DNA of 62,410 bases, the filler included. It is 9 parts of 9 records of this genome, joined end to end, with 100 filler letters (N's around TTAATTAATTAA, not from the genome) between each part and the next. Parts side by side here need not be neighbours in the genome. Positions count along the whole stretch, not along the records: positions 14,100 to 23,700 come from SRR7504441_9130; positions 23,801 to 30,181 come from SRR7504441_9133; positions 30,282 to 36,634 come from SRR7504441_9143; 6 more parts are not named here. The stretch is one strand, 5' to 3'. Below the pieces are notes generated by a model. That model searched no databases. It was given only the letters and a program-made list of their open reading frames with translations, and was not told the DNA's origin. Made by a program: the position numbers and the translations under genes. This document shows, in pieces, positions 22,675 through 34,366 of this stretch. Numbering within the stretch: position 1 is the first letter of the stretch; every line of letters starts with the position of its first letter.

Positions 22675-23700
22675 TCAGACAGGCCCCTCCCTGCTCTTGG
22701 GCGAGATCGAGCTCTCGGCCCGCCGGGCGCTCCGGTCGGCGCTCTGCTCGGCCACTGGCTGGCCGGGACCCACTCGGACTGGGACTGAGTCACTCACCTG
22801 GCCGCCCCGGCTGGCCGCCTGTTATTACTAAGCTGCTACCGCGCCGGATTGGCTCGCGAGCACCAACGAGCACAGACCCGACATCCCGGCTGCCCGAGCG
22901 CTCAGCCAGCCACCAGCCTGCTCCAGCTACCCGGCACCCGGAAGCTGCACTGGCCGCGCGCGCACTCTGCCCCGCTGAACAGCTCCAGCTCGCCCGGCCC
23001 GTTGGTCAGCTTGGCTCGGACAGGCCCGACAGCGCCCATCGCAACCCAGCGGAGCTCGACCTGGCTGCCGGGGGCGAGCGGAGCGTGCGGCCACGGGGCG
23101 GATATGGCAAGCATCAGGGGACCGCGGCTGCCGAGCAGGTGGCGGAGGTCGGACTCGATGCGGCCGACGTGGTCTGGGATCACGGGCTGGTGTGCCATCG
23201 CCGGCTGGCGGAGCACCACTGCTGGCTGCTGTGCCATCACAGGCTGGGGCTGCAGCATCACAGGCTGGGGCTGCATCACAGGCTGGGGCTGCAGCACCAC
23301 AGGCTGGGGCCGCGCCATCGCAGGCGCCACCACCACTTGCGGGTCCGGTGCGGGGCTGGGCGAGTGGCTCCGCAGCTCGACTGGACTGGCTGGCCGCAGC
23401 TGGACCGGGCTGGGCGTGCCGGCCGGGCTGGGGGTGCGCCGGCTCAGCCTGGCCTGCTCCTCCAGCTCTGCTCTTCCGTCCTCGCTCTCCCGCAGCCGGG
23501 CCGCCAGCCGGGCCCGATCTGCCCGGAGCCCCGCGCTCTCCTTGCTGCCCTCACCGATCGCCCCCACCCGCCGGGCGTTCACCTGAGCGCGGCCGACCGC
23601 CGACGCTCCTTGGTGAGCGCCGCCTGAGTCATCGCAGCCCGCCGCTCCACCAGCCCGCGTTGCTCCTCGGACCGCTCGGCCTGCCCATGCTGAGCCGGCC
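22675..23700 (-). CDS. Hypothetical coiled-coil protein with QPQPV(M/V) repeats, 5' truncated
   Basis: ORF 22902-23582 plus two 41-42-nt GT-AG introns leading to TGA at 22675. Confidence 0.55.
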
Positions 23701-23800
23701 NNNNNNNNNNNNNNNNNNNNNNNNNNNNNNNNNNNNNNNNNNNNTTAATTAATTAANNNNNNNNNNNNNNNNNNNNNNNNNNNNNNNNNNNNNNNNNNNN
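23701..23800. other. Artificial contig linker
   Basis: N44-TTAATTAATTAA-N44. Confidence 0.98.
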
Positions 23801-24820
23801 AGAGCCCTGTGATCATCGCCGTCGGGTGCGGCATCGGGCTGCTCATCCTGGCCGGGGCGGTCTGGTTCCTCTGCCGGCAGCGGCCGTCCCGGATGCGCCG
23901 CCCCCCCGACCGACCGACCGAGGCCAGCCGGCGCTCCAAGGCCGGTACAAACAGTGCCAGCGACGACAGTGCCAGCGACGATGATACCGCCCCCGACCGG
24001 GTCTCCAAGGCGGCCCAAGACAGTGCCAGCGAGCATGACAGCGGCACTGACCGAGTGGAGCCCGCGGCACGCGAAGGGGGCGGCGGTGGCGCTGACGGGG
24101 CGTTGCGGGTGGTCGGGGCACGGCGGCCGGAGCTGGAGGGGTTGGTTGGTCTCTGGTTGGTGGCGGTGGGCAGCCAGTCGGTGGCGGGCTGGAGCTCGGA
24201 GCGGGTGGCGGCGGCGCTGGGCGAGCGGCCGGTGGAGCTCCGGCTGGAGGGGCCCGAGGGCTCGGTGGTGAGGCGGTTCAGCCGGCCGGGGCCGCTAGGC
24301 TTGGATATCGAGCGGCTGAAACTGTCGGCTAGGAGGAGCGGGAGCCACAGTCGGTCTGGCCGGGCGGAGGCGGTCAATGCGGCGTGGTGGAGGCAGGCGC
24401 TGAGTGCGGAGTCTGGAGAGCCTCGGAACTCGCCGCGAAGGTCTCGCGGCCAAGCTTCGGATTGGCTGGCGGCCAATGGATTTTGGCGGGGCGGGGAGGA
24501 CGAGCTACCGAGTGATGCGCTGGATAAGGCGTATAGGGAGCTTGAGCAGGCTACGGAGCTTAAGCGGCAGGAAAGGGCAGAGATGAAGGCAAGAGAGGCA
24601 GAAGGCTGCTGCGTGAAGAGGGTATTTTGCATGAATTTCGATTCATTTAGAGTATTATTGATTACGGTTGATACAGGTGGATTCCATGGAGCAAGTCAAG
24701 ATGCATATGAATGTGATTGCGCTGAGAGACCACTGCGTCAGCCCGGCCGGCAAGCCCATTCACGAGACATTGCACCCGCCAAAGGATTGTGGGTGTGAAG
24801 GCGAGCTCGTGTTGATTTGA
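23801..24820 (+). CDS. Single-pass membrane protein, 5' truncated
   Basis: TM segment IIAVGCGIGLLILAGAVWFLC; probable AT-rich intron 24622-24676; TGA 24818-24820. Confidence 0.55.
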
Positions 24821-25203
24821 TCATCGGTCGCTACTAGGGTCGCTGAAACCTAGCTGAAACCTGTGTTGTCAATGCTATGTCAAGGCTGCCTAGCCCTTGT
24901 TGCAAGAATAAACTCGTGCGCAGGGCTTAATCATAGAGTGCAAGAAGGGGTGCTGGCACCGGTCCCCCTCTCTACGCTTCGATCGCGTCATCAAACTACT
25001 TGGTACATAATACTAATCCGCGCAGTACAAGGTTCAGTTTGATCAATCCTCATTACTGTACAGCACACGGTAAAACACTTAATACACAAGTAGAGACGTA
25101 TGAGAAGCCTGAGCTTTAATATTAAAATATATTTGCCTCATGGCGACATTGGAATTCGTGACACATACATGCATGTGCACTCAGACACAAAAACTGTTGT
25201 ACA

Positions 25204-28200
25204 CTATTCATACTTCTCATCCCCTTCATACTTGTCATCCCCTTCTTGTTCCTCCTCCTCCTCCTCCTCCCCCTCAGGTTGCTGGATAACGTTTGCCTCA
25301 AGCAACAAGTCCATAAGTAGTTGCTTGAGCTCGTGCACTCCAAGACTCCCTTCTCTACTAGAATATTTGATATACGCCTGCCAGCACCATACATCATGTA
25401 ACCACCCAAGTCAGCAGTCAGATTCGCACCTGATAGATGAATCCATTATCGTCGTCATATTCTAAAGTAATTTCTGGAGTATACCCCCCCCACATCCATG
25501 AATGCAAGTAAGGCTCTTCCCACTTTGATTTGTACATTGCATACTCGGCTGTATACTCCACTGACTCGGCTATAATCGTCCGGCGTGACAGAAACTCGTC
25601 CAACGCATCCAGGTTCACCGCCTGAGAACAAACACGTCAACATCAAACAATAATCAGATTTGACCTGGTGCATTTCAATTCGTGCGCTTGTCCATCCAAC
25701 TTCGTTCTTTTCTACTCGCCTGTTTTGCATGTACCAGAAAAAGCCCCCTACCATAGCCCATAGGCTGAGCGCCAAAATCAACCATAGCATTGGCTGATCT
25801 CCTGCCCAAGTACCCCAGAAGGCATCCTTGACCCAGCTCGTTGAAGTAACAGACCATTCCGTGCCTAACAATCTATCTCCGACTCCAAAGACTAGGAATG
25901 CAATCAACAACTGCTGCACACCGCGAAGACCTTCGACGTTTTGCTTGCTCCCAGAATACATGAATGCAAGCAATCTCCGAAGGTTCACCTCTATTTCCTT
26001 GAACGTTGTATCTGAGCGTTGCTCATACAAGTCATCGCTCTTTCGCCAGACAAACCAGAGCTCTGATTGTAAGGCTGTCATATGCTTATCAACATCAACT
26101 GATCGACGCTCTAGGTCATGCAGCAAGTCCTTGAAATTTAGTAGATCATACACAACGTGCCGCGGAGTCTTTTCATGAACACCACGCTCAGTTTGCAGCC
26201 TTGGCAAGATGACGTTTTTGAGTGCCTCGTTTGAATGCATCATAACCTCCTCCATATACACTGCATCTCGTGAGAGGTCTGACAGTGCTGTGTGCACCTT
26301 CTTCACAATGTTTGGGTCTCCCGCAGGTTTGTAGACCATATCACGGACCTTTGCCAACTCATCCATCATGGCAAGCATGCGGATAAGCATTGAGCCCACG
26401 AACATATGATGACTGTGCAACATTGAGTAGACACAGAGAAGTTGCTCGTACTGGAAGCGGGCTGGGCCAGATACCACAATACCGTTGTAACCAAATATGA
26501 ACAGGTCGTCTTTTGTCAGCTGTTCCACAGAAGTAACTTCTGCCAGGATTTGTCGCAATTCGTTCTCGCGCTTGTCACGATCAAGATACTCCTCTACAGG
26601 TAGTACAGGATTTAGCTGGGCAGCAAATATCATGTAAAATTTCTGCCGGTTGGTCTGGAAGCCCCGATACACCAATTCAAGCATTGCTCGTTGACGTGTG
26701 GAAAGAATCGTATCCATGACTCGAGAGGAGTCTTGCTGCATGTCAACCAACACGCGCGAGAGGGAGTCCAGTGAGATGTGATTCTTGATGCGCTCCTGAA
26801 TTGCCTCGATCCTGATTCCACAAAACACACACCCACTAACATGTACGTGCACCCCAAAGTTCTCCACTTGGATGATTCCTTCCTCTTCTGGAAAGTAGAT
26901 TTCAGCCTCCAAGTTGCATCGCTGGCCCTCCACTATGTCAACAATGTTAATGTTGGTCAATCCAGGCTCCACGTCGAGCGTCGTATCTCCAGGAGCTCCG
27001 TCGACAGTTGCTGAGTAGAACCCTGTGCTGACCCTCTCATCTGCTCCAACCTTTGAGATGAGATTTCTAATATTATTTGCACCCACAGGAATCCACTCGG
27101 ATAAAATGATTGTAACATCGTCCAGGCTGAGGACTTCGTTCTGTGTAGCCTCCAGGTTTGTGATCCCAAGAGTCGCCTCCTTTGCACGGCCTCTATTCGA
27201 AGTTAGCTTCTTACGGACTCCAGTCTGTGATCTGACATAGAAAGGTAGGTGCGGACTCGACACGTATGATACGTCTTCGCTTTCGGTCACCTTCGTCAGC
27301 ATGGTGAATCCTGACTCTGACTTGAGAACAAATTTGTCATTAACCCAGTGAACCATGAGCAGGTCATCGTTGGACCTTGACTTTGAAACTGCACGGGGCG
27401 CTGCAATAAACTTGTCGACCTTGCGGGTGTGCTGCTTTGGGATGTGCTCCAGCGCGTTTCGACCCTCCGGTGACACCTGATAGCAAGTGACAGGGATGTG
27501 GCTCTTGTCGACACATTTGAGCACAAATATGAACCCGCGCTGCCTGAGGGCGTCGATGTCTGCCTTGCCCTCCTGGCTGAAGTTGAAGAACACGCGGTGT
27601 CTGCCGACATATTCACCGAGCGGCGAGTAGTCGTACGTGAATATTTTGTTTACAATTCCCTCGTACAGCAGCACCATCAGCGGCGTCTGCGGCATCCAAA
27701 CCTCCAGCTTAATGCCATCAGGCGACTGCGCTGAGTACTCCCCGATCAAATACAGTAGCTTCCACTGGTCCGATGTCAGCGCGAACGACGACGCATCCGC
27801 CTGGGTATCATCCTCCGAGTCTGTCTCACTCTCACTGGCGGCAGCAGCCGCTTCTTCCATCATCTCCTCCAGCGCCAGCAAGTGCGCCGCTCCGCGGCCG
27901 CCCTCTTGGGCCAACTCAGCCCGCCTGATATTGACTAGCGATCCCAAGTCCTTCTTGTGCTTGACTCTGTACCCTTGGCGCTTCCTCAGCACCTCCCTGG
28001 GCGACTCAGGCTCTTCGTACAAGTCATTGGGGCCCAACCCCCAGCGTGCCCTGGCGAACCCCCCAGCGTGTTGATACATCTCTATCGAAGCCTGCCGGGC
28101 TGGTGCCAGCCGTTGCTCCCCCACCCGAGTCCGCTTCTTCTCGCCGCCCGCCTGCAGCGCTGACACTTGGTGCGACCGAGTCTTCTCGATCCATCCGAGC

Positions 28201-28292
28201 CAGCCGCGGAGCCGCGGGTTCTCGGCCGCGTCGACAGCGTCGTCCATGATCTCCTGTTGCCCAGGCGACCCCACCTTGTATTTGTCTCCCAT
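25204..28292 (-). CDS. About 1050-aa conserved-looking unknown protein with helical bundle and two C-terminal TM helices
   Basis: Long first exon (LLYEGIV...YDYSP...SQEG...YVSSP...GIIQVENFGVH) plus two 3' GT-AG introns (43 and 52 nt) to TAG 25204. Confidence 0.75.
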
Positions 28293-28532
28293 TGCGCCTC
28301 ACGCCCCGCCTAGCGCGCCCCCGAGTTTCTGCCGCATTTATTTCCCGATTAGGCGGACTCTGCAGCTGCGCGGCGACTGAATTGAGGGACTTGATGATTC
28401 CACGATTCAGTTGTGCACAGTAATGCTACTTGATGATTCAGTAATGCTACTTGTAACCAGTGGATTGGTAGCAATATATGTTTATATGCTAGCAAGCTTG
28501 CTAAGCCGTCTAATAACATTCCGCCAGCCTGT

Positions 28533-30181
28533 CTATGCCAAGGTCGGATCGGGACCACTTTGCTCAGCGGCGGCCTCAGACACTGCAGAGACAGCCAACC
28601 CCTGCCGACCGGCCCTTGCCAACGGCTCCTCCGCGGGCCTTTTCGCATTTTCAATCCGCTTCGAACGATAGCTCGATGCCAGTTCCGACAACACAAGCTT
28701 AACTTCAGCCGCCGTAGGCCGCAGTCTCGGCTCTAGCGCAAAGCATCTCCGGAGCAGCGCTTCAACCGCCTGTCGGACCCCTTTGTCCGACACTTGACTC
28801 ATGCTAGAGCGCTTGATCAGCCAGATCTGACTCAAGTCTGGCACGAGCTCTCCATTTCCGACCTTGGCAGGAACCGCCTTCGGGTCCTCTGTCGGATAAG
28901 GCTTCTCGTTGCATGTCCAAAGACACCAGATCGCCACTCCCAAACTAAACACGTCCGCCGCCCGCCCAAATGGGGCGTACCGATACTCCTCGGGCGCCCG
29001 CCACGAGCCCTGTATGCCGTTAGAATCCGTTGGACTAATGCGGTCACCTGAGCTAGCGGCTGGCACGTGAGCTCGCCCATGAATGGAGTCATCGCCCTGT
29101 TCAAATCCCCGAGCGCCGCTCGGCCGGCTCGGACCCTGCGGGAGGTCAAGGTTTCCTAATCGAGGGGAGCAGTTACATTAGTATTAATATTTCTATTAAT
29201 ACTAATGGACCTGAAGTTGGCTAGTTTGACGTCGCCGTGTATCGCGCCGAGGCTGTGGACCGCCTCCAGCCCGGCCGCCATCTGGCTCGCCCGCTCGATC
29301 AGCAGCCCGGGATTATCCGAACTGCCGGCCGGTCAGGATGCCGTTGGGATGCCGTTGGGATGCCTGCAAGTGAGGGCGGAGCTCCACTCTACTAGCACCA
29401 CACTGCTCCGCTCGCAATACCTGCCGTTACGCCTGAGCCCGCGCTGTACATACTATATACACTACTGAGGCTATATACAGCATACAGTATAGTTATATAG
29501 ATACTGTACTGTACTAGGCAGCAGCACCCGATCAGCTGGACCGTCGCGGGATCACCCAGCAGCCGCCCCGCCAGCGAGGCTTCCTTGGCCACGTCTGACA
29601 CTGCCACCAGCCGGTCCAGCCAACGGACAAACCAGTGCGACTGGACCTGCCAATCCGTTCAAAATGCCGTTGGAATGCCGTTGCCTGCTCGTTCTTCTCC
29701 AGCCGAAGCCGCTTCACCGCCACCGTCTGTCCATTCACTTCAGCCGGATGGACGTCCCGCCACAGTCCCCGCCCCGTGACCGGCTTCGGCGGCAGCGTGC
29801 ACGCCGGCCCTGTCCGTTACATTCCGTTAAATCTCCGTTGGGCCCGGTCACCGTCCCCCGGCAGCGGCGGCGGCCCGCTGCCGTCCCACTTGAGAACAAA
29901 CGACCGCATCGCCGGGAGCCCGTAACGGACGACCGTTGGGACCAGCACCAGCAGCAACCCGCAGTGCAGCGCGGCCGTCCCCCGCCGCCGCAGCGGGAAC
30001 CGGCCGATGTGCGTCGGCCAGCTGCGCCGCGTCAGCCCACAGCCAACGGCGAAGGCACCGGGCGAGCCGGGAAGTGCCGGTGTCCGTCAAGGCGATGAGC
30101 AGCAGGAGCGTCAGAGAGACCAGCGTGAAGACAGTCCCGGCCAGCAGCGCCAGCACCGCCCCGGCCTCGACCGGCAGCATC
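28533..30181 (-). CDS. Membrane-anchored protein kinase with 7 introns, 5' truncated
   Basis: Introns 30022-30058, 29810-29851, 29647-29684 (GC), 29421-29527, 29322-29363 (GC), 29136-29210 and 29010-29047 give GRGLWRDV, VAVK, HGDVKLAN, DLN, WRAPE, DVFSLG and RPTA. Confidence 0.85.
29176..29207 (-). repeat. Perfect 14-bp intronic hairpin with GAAA loop
   Basis: Sense strand CATTAGTATTAATA-GAAA-TATTAATACTAATG. Confidence 0.95.
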
Positions 30182-30281
30182 NNNNNNNNNNNNNNNNNNN
30201 NNNNNNNNNNNNNNNNNNNNNNNNNTTAATTAATTAANNNNNNNNNNNNNNNNNNNNNNNNNNNNNNNNNNNNNNNNNNNN
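30182..30281. other. Artificial contig linker
   Basis: N44-TTAATTAATTAA-N44. Confidence 0.98.
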
Positions 30282-30460
30282 ACCAACACCGTGGCCAACA
30301 TTTCACCCAATCGTGATAGAACCAGACGAACCATAGTCCTCCACCCAATAGTCAGTAGATCGATAGCGTCGATAGACCGCCGGGCTACGCAAGTTTACCA
30401 GGGTTTAATGTTATCAATGTTTATTAAATCGAGTAATCGCCCATTGTCAATAATTAATAC

Positions 30461-30502
30461 GATATCTTCCTTGAGAAGTAGGATATCTTCCTTGAGAAGT
30501 AG
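30461..30502. repeat. Perfect 21-bp tandem duplication upstream of the Sel1 gene
   Basis: GATATCTTCCTTGAGAAGTAG twice. Confidence 0.9.
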
Positions 30503-30613
30503 GGTCCCTAGCTAGGATACTGCTGCAGCCATTGACAGTGTGTATGACAGGGCGTGATTTGGCTTGCCTCATCGGCTCATCCCAACATGCTGGGTAGGTC
30601 CGGGTAGCGATCC

Positions 30614-31561
30614 ATGATGATGGTCAGTGCGCTGCCGGGCGAGGTGCTGGTCCGGATCCTGGGGATGGTGCTGCCGGTGCACCTGGGCTCGGTCAAGCCC
30701 CAGCTGCGTGCTCTGGGGCTCAGCTGCAAGCCGCTGCTCCAGGCCCTCCGAGTCAGGGTCGCCGAAAGGCGCCGCGCCCAGGCCGCCGCCCGCGCTCTGG
30801 CCGATGGCCGGACAGCCCAGGCCGAGGCGCTGTACAGGCTGGCTGCCGAGAACGACGCCGGCGCGGCGCTCAACCTGGGCAAGCTGCTGCTCGGGAGAGG
30901 TTCGCTGGAAGAGGCTGCGGATTGGTTCTGGCGGGCCGGGACGCTGGGTGCAGGCCGGGGCTTCCTGAACGCCGGGCGTGTGCAACTGCGGCTGGAACGG
31001 CCCACGCTGGCTATAAGGTGCTTCGGGAAGGCGGACACGGCGGGATGCCCCAGAGGTGGTTATGAGAAGGCCCGGTTGCTAATCGCTGCGGGGCGGGTCC
31101 GGCCCGGGGTGCAGCTGATGTGGTCCGCGGCGCTCCGGCGAAGCGAGCACGCGATGCACCGGTGGGCTTGGTATTGCCGCGAGCGGCCGGAGACAGTGTG
31201 GGCTGAGATCCAAAAAGAGCGAGGCGAGGGCACTGACGGTGAGAAAGAGGGGTTCAGATGGTTCCTGGCAGCGAGCGAGCGTGGGTTCGTGCCGTCGATG
31301 GAACCGCTGGCTGAGTGCCTCGAGCATGGGATCGGGTGTGAGCCTGATAAAGGCAGGGCTTTCGAATGGCTGTGGGTGATGAGCAAGCTGCACGGGGTCA
31401 GTGCAAGATGGCACGAGACAGTGTCAGACTCACAACGGGCTCGGCTAGGCAAGAAGCTCGCAGCGCTCTCCGACTCGCTGCCGCCGAGCGACGTGCTGGT
31501 GGCCAAGCGCATGGCTGAGCGATCCGTCACAAGAATGCTCGCTCAACAAACCGTGCCTTGA
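30614..31561 (+). CDS. F-box-like plus Sel1-repeat protein
   Basis: SALPGEVLVRIL (F-box-like); AALNLG, EGFRWFLAASERG, LAECLEHGIGCEPDKGRAFEWL. Confidence 0.75.
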   Translation: MMMVSALPGEVLVRILGMVLPVHLGSVKPQLRALGLSCKPLLQALRVRVAERRRAQAAARALADGRTAQAEALYRLAAENDAGAALNLGKLLLGRGSLEEAADWFWRAGTLGAGRGFLNAGRVQLRLERPTLAIRCFGKADTAGCPRGGYEKARLLIAAGRVRPGVQLMWSAALRRSEHAMHRWAWYCRERPETVWAEIQKERGEGTDGEKEGFRWFLAASERGFVPSMEPLAECLEHGIGCEPDKGRAFEWLWVMSKLHGVSARWHETVSDSQRARLGKKLAALSDSLPPSDVLVAKRMAERSVTRMLAQQTVP

Positions 31562-31642
31562 ATCGGCGATTTAAATACTTATGTACATGTAGTGGATTAA
31601 TTAAATTGTTTAAGCATGTACTCCGCAATCGTCATCTGACGG

Positions 31643-32525
31643 TCACGAGTAGTGATAGGCCAGGGTCACGATCAGAAACGTCACCATAGAGACACACCCC
31701 ATGTACCCTAGTGTGATTACCATATGGAATGCCCAAAGATTGCCCCCAGCAATGCACCTGCAGCAGCTCAGCCCAGCGCCCAACTAGCGAATGAGACCTG
31801 CCAAACACACCACAGTGGTGGTCGAACCCGGTCACACACCTCTGGCAGGTCCGGCAGTGGTGCGAGCCTTTGGGCCGCCAAACCATGCACCGCACGCAGT
31901 ACGAGTGCTTTAGGTCAGAATCCCCAGTCTGGTTGGTGCCGGGCATCCAACCGCCCTGCTCGATGCACTTGGACACCAGCGGGGGCAGCGGGAAGCAGCG
32001 CTCCTGGGTCCGGTCGACCACCCCTGGGTCACCGACGAGGATGTAGACCAGACCGAACAGCGCCAGCAGCCCCTGGCCGTTCATTATGACCAGGCAGGCT
32101 ATGTACGCCGACTCCGGCTGCCCGCCATCGCCATGCTGCAGCGGGATTGCCACGCCTGCGCCCCCAGGCTCACCGAAGGCCGACCAGCCGGCACCGTTTG
32201 TGATGGCGAGGATAACGAGCACAATGCCGCAAACCACCCCAATCCCGGCCCAGTGCTCCTGCCAGTAGGCCTCGGCCCGCTCGGGCAACGGGAATATCCG
32301 CTCGAGCGCCTCCACGGTGGTTGGCACCGGCTGGGGCTCGAGGGACCGCTCCCGGGACCCAGGAGGCCGTCGATCAGAGCCGGGTCTGGTGCGCGCTTCC
32401 TCTATGTCTATGTGCATGTGTGGCAGGTTCTGGGATGGGTGCTGGATCACTGGAATCGGCTGCGGCAGCGGCCCCGGGCCCTCCGGGATCCGTACCGCCT
32501 CCACACCTGTCGATGGCAACACCAT
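31643..32525 (-). CDS. DHHC palmitoyltransferase
   Basis: CVRCMVWRPKGSHHCRTCQRCVTGFDHHC; a 40-nt intron restores FGRCIAGGN. Confidence 0.92.
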
Positions 32526-32584
32526 CTGCCCCCGGCTCGAGTATGTGTCGAGCTCGCTGGATTTTATTTGGGCACCCCTTCGCT

Positions 32585-33239
32585 ATGGATCCATCGAATC
32601 CGTGGCTCCCCGTGGCGCAGCACAAGGTGCAGCTCGGGTGTGTGGCTTCCCCGACGGCGCGCACTGACCGACACTGTCAGCCCGGGGGCCAGTGGGCTGC
32701 CCTCGGCAGTCAGGGCAGCCCCGCCAGCCCGGCGGCTCGGGGTGCGCTTCGAGGGTGCCCGATTGGTGGGCAGTGACCAGTTGGCTGCTGCCGCCCGACA
32801 GGGGGACCACGAGGGCGTGCTGCGTGCGCTAGCCGGTGGCGCCGACCCGACCGGCTACGCCCGTCTGGAGTGGGATCTTGCAGCGCTGCCCACCGGCACT
32901 CGGCGGACAGCCCACGTGCGGCCCACGCGCCTGCTGGTGCGCACTGGCCGCAGGCGGAATTCACCGGTCTCCAAGCAGCAGGTCTGGGATAACTCGTGGA
33001 ACAGGGAGACTAGCACAGCAGTAGGTGCAGAGACATGGTCATCCCGCCCACCGACCGACGCGGCCACGCGGCAAGACCCACCAATGCATTCAGTGAAGGC
33101 GAGGGAGCTCGAGGAGCGCTGCCAGCAGCGTCGGGATGCATCATGGGATCCTTACGACTCTGGGGGGTACCGAGCGCGATGGCAGCCGCCCGAAGCTACC
33201 AAGTCGATGCAATCTGGGCCGGGGTGGAATTCCTTTTGA
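32585..33239 (+). CDS. Hypothetical protein with one ankyrin-like repeat
   Basis: ATG 32585; a 43-nt GT-AG intron leads into the frame of ORF 32133-33239; LAAAARQGDHEGVLRALAGGADP. Confidence 0.5.
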
Positions 33240-33473
33240 CGTCGGCTGACGTTGATTTAGATAACTGATGGTATTCATCAAGATTCGACTTATCTCTACG
33301 GCGACGTCCGTACTCCATACGTACTCCACGGTACTCGTACAGCGACGTAAAAGCTAGTTCGTGACAGGGCCTAAGGCTAGCCTTTAGAAGGCCCTTAGCG
33401 CGTCGGCTGACCGGCACTCGCGTTAATACTTTTATCGCATACTATAGAGACACTTCTAAGACACCTCAATGTT

Positions 33474-34310
33474 TCATTGATCACCGTAGTCGTCATCCTC
33501 CTCCACACAAGCTACCGCTTCGACACGGGCAGAGGCCCCCGGTCCGAGATACCAAGACACCGAGCGTTTAAGTAGCGCGGTTCCGGCCAGATTGGCGGCC
33601 TGAATCGCAGTGGTGGACCCAACGCAGCTGTGGACTAGCAGCGCTTGCTCCGCAGCCCCTAGCCCGAGCTCACTCTCCTCGGCATCCGCCGGCGCTTCTT
33701 CGTCAAAGAGCAGGGTATTCTGCCAATCGATCCACTTCTGTCTCGGCACAGCTCCGCACATTTCTAGCCCAGTCGCGCCCACGCACCGCAGGGGGCACTG
33801 CAGCTGCCTGATCACTTCCCGGCCGCCGAATGCCACGACCTCCGCAGAGCCCCTCAGCTTGCCCAGGGTGCAGTGCGGAACCCAGACAAGGTCCCCATAT
33901 AGCCGTTGCCTCTCCGACTGTGAACCGCCGATCCCGAGCGCCGCAGCAGCTTGCAGCACGCGCAGCTGCATGGCGCGCAGTGGATCGCTCACCGCGAACT
34001 TGAGCACAATCAGGTTCGACTTGCCCGGAGGGAACAAGTCCAGCCCCTCGGGGCGGAGCAGCTGGCCCGGCGGTAGCGCCTCCACCGCCTGGACCACCGC
34101 CTGGTGGAACTGGCCGAGCTTCTCAGCGCTGAGCCCCCCGAGAGCTTCAGCCATAAAGAGGAAGGTCACGTGCAGGCCATCGCGGGCCATTGGGTCGAAT
34201 CCGCAGCCGGCGCGGTCAGCAGCACTGAGGGAGCTGAGGGCCAGGCCATGCAGCCAGTCCCGGGCCTGGTCGCTGAAGCCCACCGCGAGGTAGGAGTTTC
34301 GGTTGGGCAT
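33474..34310 (-). CDS. 2H phosphoesterase (LigT-like)
   Basis: Two HxT motifs, LHVTFLF and PHCTLGK. Confidence 0.8.
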   Translation of the reverse strand: MPNRNSYLAVGFSDQARDWLHGLALSSLSAADRAGCGFDPMARDGLHVTFLFMAEALGGLSAEKLGQFHQAVVQAVEALPPGQLLRPEGLDLFPPGKSNLIVLKFAVSDPLRAMQLRVLQAAAALGIGGSQSERQRLYGDLVWVPHCTLGKLRGSAEVVAFGGREVIRQLQCPLRCVGATGLEMCGAVPRQKWIDWQNTLLFDEEAPADAEESELGLGAAEQALLVHSCVGSTTAIQAANLAGTALLKRSVSWYLGPGASARVEAVACVEEDDDYGDQ

Positions 34311-34366
34311 CTCCCAGCCTGCGACAAAGCCGTTGTATTAAGATAGAGTTACCGGTAGTAAAAACC

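Noticed and set aside
30461-30502. CRISPR-like direct repeat
   Set aside because: Two adjacent copies, no spacer, no cas genes, eukaryotic context.
33367-33396. Palindrome AAGGCTAGCCTT within an AGGGCCT/AGGCCCT stem as a terminator or MITE
   Set aside because: Single short occurrence with no target duplication or second copy.
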